A stretch of DNA of 64,000 nt from Desulfarculaceae bacterium. Lineage in GTDB: Bacteria; Desulfobacterota; Desulfarculia; Desulfarculales; Desulfarculaceae. This document shows positions 1-11,567 of the stretch, one piece after another. Position numbers and translations under genes: made by a program. Below the pieces are notes generated by a model. It was given only the letters and a program-made list of their open reading frames with translations. It made no database searches and was not told the DNA's origin. Position 1 is the stretch's first letter; every line of letters begins with the position of its first letter. The stretch covers positions 152,870 to 216,869 of the forward strand of contig JAHLKT010000002.1 in NCBI GenBank assembly GCA_020444545.1, given 5' to 3'.

Positions 1-292
1 AGCGGTAGGTGCCCAGGTCCTGGGCTCCTTCCATCTCCTCGCCCGCGCTGTGGCCGGTGAGGATGATCACCCGGGTGTCGGGCTGTTCCTGCCGGATGGC
101 GCGGATGGTGTCCAGACCGCCCAGGCCGGGCATCTTAAGGTCCACCACCACGCAGTCGTAGGCCTGCTTCCTGGCCAGCTCCAGGCCGGCCTCGCCCGAG
201 GTGGCCCAGTCGTTGTCGATACCCCTGAGCTCCAATCGCTCGGAGAGGGTGGTTACCAGCTCTTTCTCGTCGTCTATCAGTAAGACCCGCAT
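1..292 (-). CDS. Response regulator receiver domain protein (3' end runs off the window)
   Basis: Minus-strand ATG at 290-292 sits directly behind GGAGGAAAGA. Hand translation gives MRVLLIDDEKELVTTLSERLELRGIDNDWATSGEAGLELARKQAYDCVVVDLKMPGLGGLDTIRAIRQEQPDTRVIILTGHSAGEEMEGAQDLGTYR, a canonical REC pattern. It is absent from the ORF track because there is no stop inside the window. Confidence 0.8.
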   Translation of the reverse strand, partial: MRVLLIDDEKELVTTLSERLELRGIDNDWATSGEAGLELARKQAYDCVVVDLKMPGLGGLDTIRAIRQEQPDTRVIILTGHSAGEEMEGAQDLGTYR

Positions 293-331
293 TCTTTCCT
301 CCGCCCTTATCGGGCCGGCTCGGCCTCAAAT

Positions 332-2041
332 CTAGCGCGGCAGCACCACGGTGAAGGTGGTTCCCTGCCCCGGCTCGCTATGCACGTCGATGTGTCCGCC
401 CATTTTCTGAACTATGCCGTAGGTGATGGACAGACCCAGGCCGGTGCCTTTTTCGCCCCGGGTCGAAAAGAAGGGCTCGAAGATGCTGTTAAGGTTTTCC
501 TTGGGTATGCCCACGCCGTCGTCGCTGATGGCTATGGCTATGGTTTCATCGCTGGGCAGGCTCACCGAGATGTCCAGGCCGCCGCCGTCGTCCATGGCGG
601 CCATGGCGTTGTTGATGATGTTGAGCAGCACCTGCTGCAGCTGTCCCTTGTCCGCCCTGAGGGTGGGCACCTCGGGCGGGATGTTCACCTTCACGTCGAT
701 GTTGCGGTACTCGGCCTCCTTGCCCAAGAAGCCCAGCACCTCCTTGACCAGCGCCTGCAAATGAATCTGCTCGTACTTGAGGGGCAGGTGGCGGGCGAAG
801 CCCAGCAGGCGGTGGGTGATCTCGCTCACCCGCTTGACCGAGCCCTGGATGGCCTGGGTCAGCTTTAAGAACTTTTCCTTATGGCCGAAGTCGGTGGACA
901 CGGCCAAAAGGTCGCTCATCAGGCCCACCTTTTCGTTGATGATGGCCACCGGGTTGTTGATCTCGTGGGCCACCCCCGCGGCCAGGCGGCCGATGGAGGC
1001 CAGCTTGTTGGTGTACTCGGCCTCGTGCAGCAGGCCCACGCGCCTGAGGTCGGCCTCAAAGACCCGGGAGACAAGGGTGGAGGTGCCCCACCAGAGCACC
1101 ACCAAAATGGCCAGCACGCTCACCGCGATCATCACGATCACGTTGATGCGCAGCTGACCCCACTTGTGAAGGAGCACCTTGGGCTGGTTGACCAGCACCA
1201 GGGTCAGCGGGGTGTTCTCGATGCGGGCCATGCCCATGAGCAGGGGATGCCCAGAGAGGTCCTTGCCCTCCACGATGCCGTGCCAATCCTGGGGCGAGGA
1301 GGGCAACAGGGGGAAGCGGGCCAGCACCCCGCCGTAGAGCTGGGAGGGCGTCTGCAACACGCCCTGTTGGTTGACCAGGAACAAGTCGCCCGAGGGCTGC
1401 AACTCGGCCGCGCGCAAGAGGTTGTTCAGGCGGCCGGTGTCGATGGTGGCCCGGAGCACGTAGGGCTTTTCACCCTCGCGCTCGTGGCGCACCGCGATCA
1501 CGAAGTGGGGGAAGTTGCGGTGGCCCAGGAACACGTCGCTGACGTAGATGCCCCTGAGTTGCACCTCCTTGTACCAGTCCTGATCCTTATAAGCGCGGCC
1601 TTGCAGGTTGTAGGGCCCCATGTAGGCCCGCTGGATGCCATCCTGGTCGATGAGCCCCAGATCCACGAAGCCGCCGAAGGCCCGCCGCAGGCGCAGGAAC
1701 ACCGCGCCCAGGTGCTTCAAGTCCGAAAGCTCCTCAAAGGTGTAGCCCAGGCTGACGTAGGTGAGGGCGGCGCGGCGCTCGTCCAGGAAGTAGCTGATCT
1801 GCACCTGGCCGGTGGACAACAGCCGCTGGATGTGGCCTCTGATCTGGTTGCTCTGCAGCTCGTACTGCTGGTCGAACTGATAGAAGTTGACCCAGGAGAG
1901 CAGGATCACGGGCAATAGGGTGGCCAGCAGGCCCAGTCCGAAGGTGTTGCGCCACAAACGCCGGTAGTTCAGCGACTCCAGCTCGGACTCGCGCCGGTCC
2001 CAGAAGGCCGGCTTAATTTTTTGCCAGAGGCCCATTATCAT
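332..2041 (-). CDS. Sensor histidine kinase with an extracytoplasmic sensor domain
   Basis: 569-aa ORF. It has an N-terminal TM, an extracytoplasmic region of about 250 aa, and a second TM (INVIVMIAVSVLAILVVLWWG). Kinase motifs: H-box AAGVAHEINNPVAII, N-box LLNIINNAMAAM, G1 DDGVGIP, G2 GTGLGLSITYGIV. It overlaps the upstream gene by 4 nt. Confidence 0.9.
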   Translation of the reverse strand: MIMGLWQKIKPAFWDRRESELESLNYRRLWRNTFGLGLLATLLPVILLSWVNFYQFDQQYELQSNQIRGHIQRLLSTGQVQISYFLDERRAALTYVSLGYTFEELSDLKHLGAVFLRLRRAFGGFVDLGLIDQDGIQRAYMGPYNLQGRAYKDQDWYKEVQLRGIYVSDVFLGHRNFPHFVIAVRHEREGEKPYVLRATIDTGRLNNLLRAAELQPSGDLFLVNQQGVLQTPSQLYGGVLARFPLLPSSPQDWHGIVEGKDLSGHPLLMGMARIENTPLTLVLVNQPKVLLHKWGQLRINVIVMIAVSVLAILVVLWWGTSTLVSRVFEADLRRVGLLHEAEYTNKLASIGRLAAGVAHEINNPVAIINEKVGLMSDLLAVSTDFGHKEKFLKLTQAIQGSVKRVSEITHRLLGFARHLPLKYEQIHLQALVKEVLGFLGKEAEYRNIDVKVNIPPEVPTLRADKGQLQQVLLNIINNAMAAMDDGGGLDISVSLPSDETIAIAISDDGVGIPKENLNSIFEPFFSTRGEKGTGLGLSITYGIVQKMGGHIDVHSEPGQGTTFTVVLPR

Positions 2042-3261
2042 CCCTGCGCGGACCTTATCTTGTCATAGGCCTGCTGCATGACTTCGGAGAGCTGGTCGAT
2101 GTCCACCGGCTTCTCCAGGTAGGCGAAGGCCCCGATCTGCAAGCACAGCTCGCGGTCGCGGGCGCTGCCGTGGCCGGTGAGGATGATCACCTCCATCTCG
2201 GGGTGATCGGTCTTGAGGCGCTTGAGCACCTCCACGCCGTCGATGCCCGGCATCTTCAGGTCCAGGACGATGACCTCGGGCTCCTCCTCGGCGGCCATCT
2301 TCAGGGCCTCGGTGCCGTCGTAGACCACCGCCGAGCCGATCTCGCGCAGCATCAGGCGCTCGGAGAGCGTTTCCACGAACTCGCGCTCGTCGTCCACCAA
2401 GAGCACCTTGGAGGGCAGCTTGAAGTCGGCCTGGCGGTAGATGTCCGCCTGGTAGTAGGCCGGACCCGGGGCCACCTGCACCGAGGACACGCCGGGCACG
2501 GTCTTGACCAGCTCCTCCAGCTCCTCGCTGAGGCGGCCCAGCATCATCACCTTCTTGTTGATGGCGATGCCCACCTGGCCGTCCTTGGCCTCCACCTTGA
2601 GGTCGTGGGGGTTGTGGCCCTTGTCGGCCAGGGCCGCCTCCACCTGGGCGCCCAGGAGGAAGTCCTTGACCTCCTGACGCGAAGCCGCGTTGGGGGCCAG
2701 GATGACGCTGTCGACGTTGTCGCAGATCTGGTTGACCGCCTCGGTCTCGCCTACCTGGTCCATGCCGATGCGCATGTCGTAGAGCTTGGGGTCCCAGGCC
2801 TCGCGGCCGCGCAGATACTCCACCCAGCGGATGGCCGCCTCGTCCTCGCGGTGGATGCGGGCCAGGGCGTCCTTCTCGCTCAGGCCCAGCTCGCGGGCCC
2901 CGCGGACCGCGCGGCCCTTGGCCTCGGCGATGAGGCACACGTCCAACACGTGGGTGATGGAGCGCGGCACCAGATGGGAGGCGTAGCCCAGGTAGATAAG
3001 CTCCTCCTGGGCCAAAAGCTCGGCCATGCCCAGCTTGAGCCGGCTGACCGCCCGCTCCTTTTCGTTGCTGAACTGGTTGAAGATGGATGGCTTGCCGAAC
3101 ATGGCCCGCCGCAGGGCCCCGGCCTTGATGCCGCTGGTCTCGGCCACCTGGCTGATGAGGTCCTCGTCGCGCATGACGGGATATTCGAGCCGCGAGGAGA
3201 GGCCGTGCACCACCTCCTCGGCGAAGCAGAAGACACCGCTGAATAGGTTGACCACACTCAT
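2038..3261 (-). CDS. Response regulator with a cytidylate-kinase-like N-terminal domain and a C-terminal receiver
   Basis: 407-aa ORF. The C-terminal REC reads KVLLVDDEREFVETLSERL...LDLKMPGIDG...IILTGHG...AFAYLEKP. The N-terminal ~190 aa resemble the cytidylate-kinase-like family, followed by a BON-like segment (VEAKDGQVGIAINKK...VPGVSSVQV). The N-terminal call is from remembered family patterns, not a search. Confidence 0.75.
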   Translation of the reverse strand: MSVVNLFSGVFCFAEEVVHGLSSRLEYPVMRDEDLISQVAETSGIKAGALRRAMFGKPSIFNQFSNEKERAVSRLKLGMAELLAQEELIYLGYASHLVPRSITHVLDVCLIAEAKGRAVRGARELGLSEKDALARIHREDEAAIRWVEYLRGREAWDPKLYDMRIGMDQVGETEAVNQICDNVDSVILAPNAASRQEVKDFLLGAQVEAALADKGHNPHDLKVEAKDGQVGIAINKKVMMLGRLSEELEELVKTVPGVSSVQVAPGPAYYQADIYRQADFKLPSKVLLVDDEREFVETLSERLMLREIGSAVVYDGTEALKMAAEEEPEVIVLDLKMPGIDGVEVLKRLKTDHPEMEVIILTGHGSARDRELCLQIGAFAYLEKPVDIDQLSEVMQQAYDKIRSAQG

Positions 3262-3263
3262 TA

Positions 3264-5420
3264 CTAATCACCTCCCAAGACGTGCACTTCCTCTAGGGGG
3301 CACACGGTCATCAGGGGACAGGTTTCCTCGTCGGAGCCCAGGTGGGCTGACTCGTGGATGGCCCCCAGAGCCACCGAGGCCAGGGGATAGACGTGATCCT
3401 CCCCGATCTTGGCCAGCAGGTGGGTCCGCTTCATGGCTTCCAGCACGTTTTCCTTGAGGTGGCTGAAGCTGATGTCGTAGCCAGCGCTACGCACCTGGTC
3501 CACCAACAGCGACAGGGTGTCCTCGCCCGAGGCGTCGATGTCGTTGATGCCGTTGGCCACCACCAGGATGTGCTTGAGCTTGGGCATTTCGCGGATGCGC
3601 TCGTTGATCTGGTCCTCCAGGAAGCTGGCGTTGGCGAAGAACAAGGGACCGTCGAAACGAACCACGGCGATGTGCTCGCACTCGGCCAGGCTGAAGTGCT
3701 CCGCGTCGCGCAGGGAGCAGTCTTCGTGCATGGACAGCTTGGCCACCCGGGGACGCATGCTCTTATAGAGGAACACCAAGAGCGAAAGCACCACCCCGAT
3801 CATGATGCCCTTGTCCAAATGGGGGGCGAAGATCAGGGTGCCCACGAAGGTGATGATGCTTATGGCTCCATCGTACCATTGGGCCTTCCAGGCGTGCACA
3901 AAACCGCTCACGTTGATAAGACCCACCACGGCCATCATGATTACCGCCGCCAACACCGCCTGAGGCAAGTGGTACAACAACGGCGTGAAAAACAAAAGCA
4001 CTATCACCACCATCAGGCCGGTGACCACGCTGGACAGGCCGGTTACCGCGCCAGCCTGCAAGTTCACCGCCGAGCGCGAGAACGACCCCGATACCGGATA
4101 GCTCTTGCCCAGGCAGCCGATCATGTTGGCCAGGCCCTGGCCGATAAGCTCCTGGTTGGGGTCCAGGCGCTGGCCGGTCTTGGCGGCCATGGCCTTGGCG
4201 ATGGAGATGGCCTCCATGAAGCCCAACAGGGAGATGATGACCGCGTAGGGGAACAGCTGGAGGATGATGCCCCAGTCCATGGTGGGCGCGCTGAGGGTGG
4301 GCAGGCCGGGCGGGATGTCGGCCACCACCGCCCCGCCGCCGGCCATGCGCAGGCTGGCCAGGTCCAGGCCCCGGTTGCCCACCATGACCCGCCACACCCG
4401 GCCGTCGCCCTTGACCCCCTGGGGCACTTTGCCCTCGGGCCAGAAGCGCATCCGGCCGTCCGGGCCTTCCTCGCCCACGAAGATGTAGGAGCGCAGGTCC
4501 TCGCGCAGCAGGTGGGCCTTGCCCTTTTCCAGCTCTATCTTGGCCGTGTCCATGCTGGCCTGCTGGTGCAGCTTCATCACCTCCAAGGATTCCGCGCCTT
4601 GGTTGTCGGCCGCCTTGCGGGCCGCTACGTTGATGTCGGCCCGCTCCTGGCCCAGGTTGTTGATGCGCTCCACCTCCTGGTTGTAGGCCACGATCTGGGC
4701 CCGCACCTTGGCCGACTGGATGGCATCCAGGGGCACCTTGGCGTCGTGCTGGAAGCCGATGGCCCAGGAGATGAGGGTGGTCACCGCCACCGCCACCAGG
4801 ACGTAGGGGATCTTGGGGTTGATCCGCTTGAGGCCCCACATGATGATGAAGGCCCCCACCCCCATGGCAAGGGTGGGCCAGTGGGTGTAGTGCAGCGCGC
4901 CCTCCAGCACCCGCCAGATCGTCTCGTAATGATGAGGGGCCTTGTCAACGTAGACCCCGAACATCTTGGAGAGCTGGCTGGAGGCGATGATGATGGCCGC
5001 CGCGTTGGTGAAGCCGTTGACCACCGGGTGGGACAAAAAGTTCACCACCAAGCCCAAACGCAGCACACCCAGGGCGAACTGGAAGGCGCCCACGATGAGG
5101 GCCAAGAGCACCGCGTAGGCGATGAAGGCTTCGCTGCCCGCGGTGGCCAGGGGCTCCAGCGAGGCGGCGGTCATCAGTGAGACGATGGCCACCGGCCCGG
5201 TGGCCAGCTGCATGGACGAGCCGAACATGGCCGCGATCATGGGGGGCAGGAAAGCGGCGTAAAGGCCGTAGTAGGCCGGCAGGCCGGCCAACTGGGCATA
5301 GGCCATGGACTGGGGTATGAGCACCAGGGCCACGGTGATCCCGGCCAGCAGGTCCACCCGGAAGGCAGCTCCGGAATACCCTTTGAACCAGCCCAGGAAA
5401 GGGAATATGCGACTCAGCAT
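3264..5420 (-). CDS. SulP-family anion permease with a C-terminal STAS domain
   Basis: 718-aa ORF. It carries the SulP N-terminal signature (FRVDLLAGITVALVLIPQSMAYAQLAGLPAYYGLYAAFLPPMI), many TM helices and the IPPGLP motif. The C-terminal STAS reads IAVVRFDGPLFFANASFLEDQI...VANGINDIDASGEDTL. It contains an unusual soluble insertion (see findings). Confidence 0.9.
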   Translation of the reverse strand: MLSRIFPFLGWFKGYSGAAFRVDLLAGITVALVLIPQSMAYAQLAGLPAYYGLYAAFLPPMIAAMFGSSMQLATGPVAIVSLMTAASLEPLATAGSEAFIAYAVLLALIVGAFQFALGVLRLGLVVNFLSHPVVNGFTNAAAIIIASSQLSKMFGVYVDKAPHHYETIWRVLEGALHYTHWPTLAMGVGAFIIMWGLKRINPKIPYVLVAVAVTTLISWAIGFQHDAKVPLDAIQSAKVRAQIVAYNQEVERINNLGQERADINVAARKAADNQGAESLEVMKLHQQASMDTAKIELEKGKAHLLREDLRSYIFVGEEGPDGRMRFWPEGKVPQGVKGDGRVWRVMVGNRGLDLASLRMAGGGAVVADIPPGLPTLSAPTMDWGIILQLFPYAVIISLLGFMEAISIAKAMAAKTGQRLDPNQELIGQGLANMIGCLGKSYPVSGSFSRSAVNLQAGAVTGLSSVVTGLMVVIVLLFFTPLLYHLPQAVLAAVIMMAVVGLINVSGFVHAWKAQWYDGAISIITFVGTLIFAPHLDKGIMIGVVLSLLVFLYKSMRPRVAKLSMHEDCSLRDAEHFSLAECEHIAVVRFDGPLFFANASFLEDQINERIREMPKLKHILVVANGINDIDASGEDTLSLLVDQVRSAGYDISFSHLKENVLEAMKRTHLLAKIGEDHVYPLASVALGAIHESAHLGSDEETCPLMTVCPLEEVHVLGGD

Positions 5421-5454
5421 TTCGTCCGCTCTCCATTGGTCTGGATGGTCATTG

Positions 5455-6813
<1,359 letters not shown>

Positions 6814-6816
6814 GGT

Positions 6817-8250
<1,434 letters not shown>

Positions 8251-8489
8251 CGCGTTCCCTTGTCCCGCGCGCGGCATGGCTTGGCCGGCCCCGGCCGGGG
8301 CGCGCCGGGCGGCCCCTGGCATAAATCCGGCTCTCAGGATGTCGCCGCTGGCGGAACTCATGCGGCTTTTGTCTGAAGGATTCGTGCCAAATTTCTCAAG
8401 CTCGGGGACAATGGGCTGAATTGCCTCGCTTATCAGCCTAATTTGGTCTCGATGCGGTTCTTGGTCAACCGTTACAGTATGCAACGAAA

Positions 8490-8504
8490 TGGTAGGGCAA
8501 ATGC
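8490..8504 (+). promoter_or_regulatory. Candidate sigma-54 (-24/-12) promoter element
   Basis: TGGTAGGGCAAATGC has GG and GC at the canonical spacing of TGGCAC-N5-TTGC. It lies on the plus strand, about 245 nt upstream of the NarL-type regulator and beside an NtrC-type activator operon. The flanking bases deviate from consensus. Confidence 0.2.
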
Positions 8505-8747
8505 CAGATAAAGTAAATGAATATTTACATAAATTTAGCTGGGCCACTTAGGGAGAGACATGTTGCAAGATTAAACGTTTTTCAGTCGAAATAGCGAGGA
8601 GAGCACCCGGCCCGGCGAGGCAAGGGCGGGGGAGGGCCATGGCGCGGGGCCGCGCCGCGTCCCTGCGGGCGACAAATCGGGATGCGGTTCTTTAGTTGTG
8701 TGGAATCTTGGGGATTGTTCCGTATAATCGGCTTAAAGGAGGGCGCT

Positions 8748-9404
8748 TTGAAAATTCGCCTTTTACTTGTCGATGATCACAGCCTGTTTCGCCTGGGCAT
8801 CCACACCCTGCTCACCGAGCAGCCGGACATGGAGGTGGTGGCCGAGGCCGACAACGGCCGCGCTGCCGTGCGTCTGGCCGAGAAGGAGTGCCCGGACGTG
8901 GTGGTCATGGACATCTCCATGCCCAACCTCAACGGCATCGAGGCCACCAGCGCCATCCTGGCCAATTGCCCCACCACCAAGGTGGTGGCCCTGTCCATGC
9001 ACAACGAGGAGCGCTACGTCCTGGGCATGCTCAAGGCCGGGGCCAGCGCCTATCTACTCAAGGACAGCCCCCTGGAAGACGTGGTCAGTTCCATCCGCAC
9101 GGTGCACAATGGCGGCACTTTTTTGTCGCCCGCCATCGCCGGGGTGGTGCTGGGGGGCATACGCCAGCCCCGCGCCCAGGAAAAGGGCTCGGTCTCCCAG
9201 GTGCTCACCCCCCGCGAGCGCGAGGTGCTCCAGCTCATCGCCGAGGCCCGCACCTCCGAAGAAATCGCGGACATGCTCTCCCTGAGCGTCAAGACGGTCT
9301 ACACCCACCGCCGCAACATCATGGAAAAGCTCCAGGCGCGCAACGTGGCCGACCTGACCAAGATCGCCATCCAGGAAGGCCTGACCACCCTGCAAAGACG
9401 ATGA
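8748..9404 (+). CDS. NarL/FixJ (LuxR-type HTH) response regulator
   Basis: TTG start at 8748 lies 6 nt after AAGGAGGG (8735-8742). The track ORF starts at 8682, in frame. REC: KIRLLLVDDHSLFRLG...VMDISMPNLNG...VVALSMH. C-terminal GerE/LuxR HTH: LTPREREVLQLIAEARTSEEIADMLSLSVKTVYTHRRNIMEKL. Confidence 0.85.
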   Translation: MKIRLLLVDDHSLFRLGIHTLLTEQPDMEVVAEADNGRAAVRLAEKECPDVVVMDISMPNLNGIEATSAILANCPTTKVVALSMHNEERYVLGMLKAGASAYLLKDSPLEDVVSSIRTVHNGGTFLSPAIAGVVLGGIRQPRAQEKGSVSQVLTPREREVLQLIAEARTSEEIADMLSLSVKTVYTHRRNIMEKLQARNVADLTKIAIQEGLTTLQRR

Positions 9405-9414
9405 AGTCTCCGGC

Positions 9415-9951
9415 TTACCACCAAAATTCCGGATAAGCGCGTCGAGGCGAAAGGTTGTTGACCAGCAGGGCAACGCCCAGCATTACCACCGCCCCGGCCG
9501 CCACGGGCACAAGCACGTAGAGCCAGCCCAGGTTTTGGATGGAGGGGCCGCCGATGACCGCTATGAGGGCGGTGGCTCCGCCGGGAGGGTGCAGGGTCTT
9601 GGTGGCATGCATCAGGGCGATAGCCAACGACACCGCCAAGGCGGCGGTGAGCCAGTAATGAGGGCCCAATAGCTGTACGCAGGCCACCCCCACCACGGCG
9701 GAGAGCACGTGGCCGCCAAGCAGGTTGCGCGGCTGGGCCAAAGGGCTTTTGATCGCACCGTAGATCAGCACCGCCGAAGCTCCGAAGGACCCGATAATCA
9801 TCGCCAGCCCCGTGGGGGCCAGCCAGTGGTAGTTGAGCAGGGCAACCAGCCCGATGCCCAGGAAAGAGCCCAGCCAGGACCAAAGAATCTCGGCCAGGCC
9901 CACTCCGGGAGGGCTCTGGGTGGAGCTTTTCATCTTGGACCAGTAGCTCAT
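9415..9951 (-). CDS. HPP-family integral membrane protein
   Basis: 178-aa ORF with 4-5 TM helices and the family-defining motif HPPGGATAL. It overlaps the upstream CBS gene by 4 nt. Confidence 0.8.
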   Translation of the reverse strand: MSYWSKMKSSTQSPPGVGLAEILWSWLGSFLGIGLVALLNYHWLAPTGLAMIIGSFGASAVLIYGAIKSPLAQPRNLLGGHVLSAVVGVACVQLLGPHYWLTAALAVSLAIALMHATKTLHPPGGATALIAVIGGPSIQNLGWLYVLVPVAAGAVVMLGVALLVNNLSPRRAYPEFWW

Positions 9952-10595
9952 CTTTGGTCACCCTCACCGGAGCGGGGGAGCAGGTCGGAGCGGGTGACTA
10001 TTCCCAGCAAGCCACCGTCCTGGTCCACCACCGGAATCCGGTTGACGGATTCGCGGGCCATGAGGGCCGCTATCTCGGCCACGCCGGTTTCGGGACCCAC
10101 TTTGACCAGCGGGGAGCTCATCACCTCGCGGGCCAGGCGGCGGCGCAAGGGAACGGCGCCGCAGGCTTCCCCGGACAGGCAACGGGCCACCACCGCCATG
10201 AAGCTCAGCCCGGCCTCGCCGCCCATCAGCTTTAGGACGTCCTTTTCGGAGATCATTCCTACAGCAAACCCGTTCTCCAGCACCGGGACCCCAGCCACCC
10301 CTTCACGGGCCATGACGTGTACCACCTGGGCCAGGCTGTCCTCCGCCTTCAGGGACACCACCGGCCTGGTCATGACCTCGCTCGCCCGGCGTCCGCCGAC
10401 CAGGCGTTCCCAAGCGTGTTGGAAGGCCAGGCTATATATCTGCTTGAAATCACCGGGGGTAATGTCGAGATAACCACCTGCCTGGCGCATGGCCTCATAG
10501 ATGTCCTCGTCGTCCAAGCGCAGTGCGTCCGTGGGGGGAGTTTCGGATGTGCCGCCCAAGGAAGCCTCCTTAACTTTTTTGCACGCCAAAAGCAT
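9948..10595 (-). CDS. CBS-domain pair protein
   Basis: 215-aa ORF with two CBS repeats (VMTRPVVSLKAEDSLAQVVHVMAREGVAGVPVLENGFAVGMISEKDVL and VMSSPLVKVGPETGVAEIAALMARESVNRIPVVDQDGGLLGIVTRSDLL). It is translationally coupled to the HPP gene. Confidence 0.8.
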   Translation of the reverse strand: MLLACKKVKEASLGGTSETPPTDALRLDDEDIYEAMRQAGGYLDITPGDFKQIYSLAFQHAWERLVGGRRASEVMTRPVVSLKAEDSLAQVVHVMAREGVAGVPVLENGFAVGMISEKDVLKLMGGEAGLSFMAVVARCLSGEACGAVPLRRRLAREVMSSPLVKVGPETGVAEIAALMARESVNRIPVVDQDGGLLGIVTRSDLLPRSGEGDQR

Positions 10596-10862
10596 GTGCT
10601 GCCGGCGCGTAGGTAAAGGTAAAGTCGATTCAATATAAAATCAAATAAGTACCTGTTTACCTAAATTACCTTATTCTGATCTCCAGCCCAAGAAAAAATT
10701 ATCGAGGTGAGGCGAATTACCGAGCAGCTCGGCTTGGGAACTTTGGGGGCTGGCCAAGGCTGGTTGGGCGCTACGCGAAGACCAACAGATAAGCCAGCTG
10801 TTGAAAGCGCGGTCAGCGGGCCAGGCCGCGCCCCCGCCCGGAGGCGCGGCCTGGCGCGATAA

Positions 10863-11255
10863 TTACCAGCTGAGCTCGGCCTGGCCCTCCCAGGCGCCGT
10901 GGATGTTGCAATAGGAGGTGGCCAGCAGGGTGCCCGGTTGGTCCAGCTTCACCTTGAAACAGGCCACGGGCTCGGTGTTGGCCACGATGCTGTCCGGCCC
11001 CTCGGTGCTGGCGCCATGGGCGGAAAACTCCGCGCGGCCCAGGCAATAGACGAACTTGCCGCCCTGGGGCATGTAGTAGAGGGTGATCCAGTTGATGAAG
11101 TGGGCCGTGGTGTTGGGATGGGCGATCTCCTTGCCCACCGAGACCATGATTTCCACCGGGTCGCCGGGCTGGCCCTTTTGGGTGATCTCCACCACCGGCA
11201 CGTGCTTTTCCTTCTTAAAATCGTCGGTGCGGATCATATCGGCAAAGTTGGCCAT
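10863..11255 (-). CDS. sor: Superoxide reductase, neelaredoxin (1Fe-SOR) type
   Basis: Start chosen at ATG 11253-11255, behind CAGGAGGAACCC. The protein MANFADMIRTDDFKKEKHVPVV...VGKEIAHPNTTAHFINWI...GRAEFSAHGAS...SYCNIHGAWEG has the SOR iron ligands (H-x5-H, CNxHG). It closely follows my recollection of archaeal and deltaproteobacterial neelaredoxins. Confidence 0.9.
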   Translation of the reverse strand: MANFADMIRTDDFKKEKHVPVVEITQKGQPGDPVEIMVSVGKEIAHPNTTAHFINWITLYYMPQGGKFVYCLGRAEFSAHGASTEGPDSIVANTEPVACFKVKLDQPGTLLATSYCNIHGAWEGQAELSW

Positions 11256-11567
11256 GGGTTCCTCCTGCCAAAAATTATCCTCCGCCCCCGCTGGAGGAGC
11301 GGCGTGTGAGTGGGCTGTTGTCAATTATGCTCGGGCAGGATTGCCCTCGAGTAAATAGGTAATTCTAGGGTTTGCCCCCCAGGTAAATTCTTAGTTTCGC
11401 TATCCGGAGCCCGTTTTTCCTCCCCGCCGGACTAGGACTTTTTCTTAGTCGAATTTCCTACATTTTCCGCATACCCATTCTCAATTTGCAGGCCCACAAT
11501 TAGGTATGCTGCTCGCCGGGCGGGCGGCATAGCAGTTATTTAGGGGAACCACTGTCGAGGAAACGCC

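Noticed and set aside
8384-8389. TGGCAC (minus strand), as the -24 box of a sigma-54 promoter for the HK/NtrC operon.
   Set aside because: The -12 position reads CTTCA, with no GC dinucleotide at the required spacing.
8251-8547. N-terminal extensions of track ORFs: 6817..8547, 24429..25721, 35262..36389, 39055..40779, 10863..11324, 11849..12865, 32795..33922 and 31586..32728.
   Set aside because: In each case an internal ATG is preceded by a Shine-Dalgarno sequence. That start gives the family-typical N-terminus (TM helix, signal peptide or conserved first motif). The extensions run into upstream genes or AT-rich non-coding sequence.
8722-8729. Perfect TATAAT box upstream of the NarL-type regulator.
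   Set aside because: It lies only about 19 nt before the chosen TTG start. A transcript starting there would cut into the AAGGAGG ribosome-binding site. No good -35 box is present at 17-nt spacing.
10650-10671. Three TTACCT/TACCT direct repeats at 9-nt spacing upstream of the CBS/HPP operon.
   Set aside because: The motif is very short in an AT-rich stretch and could easily arise by chance. No associated regulator is evident.
10822-10853. GC-rich hairpin CCAGGCCGCGC...GCGCGGCCTGG downstream of sor, as an intrinsic terminator.
   Set aside because: It has a perfect 11-bp stem, but no U-tract follows in the minus-strand orientation. It was not listed as a feature, though it may still act as an RNA-stabilising or factor-dependent element.
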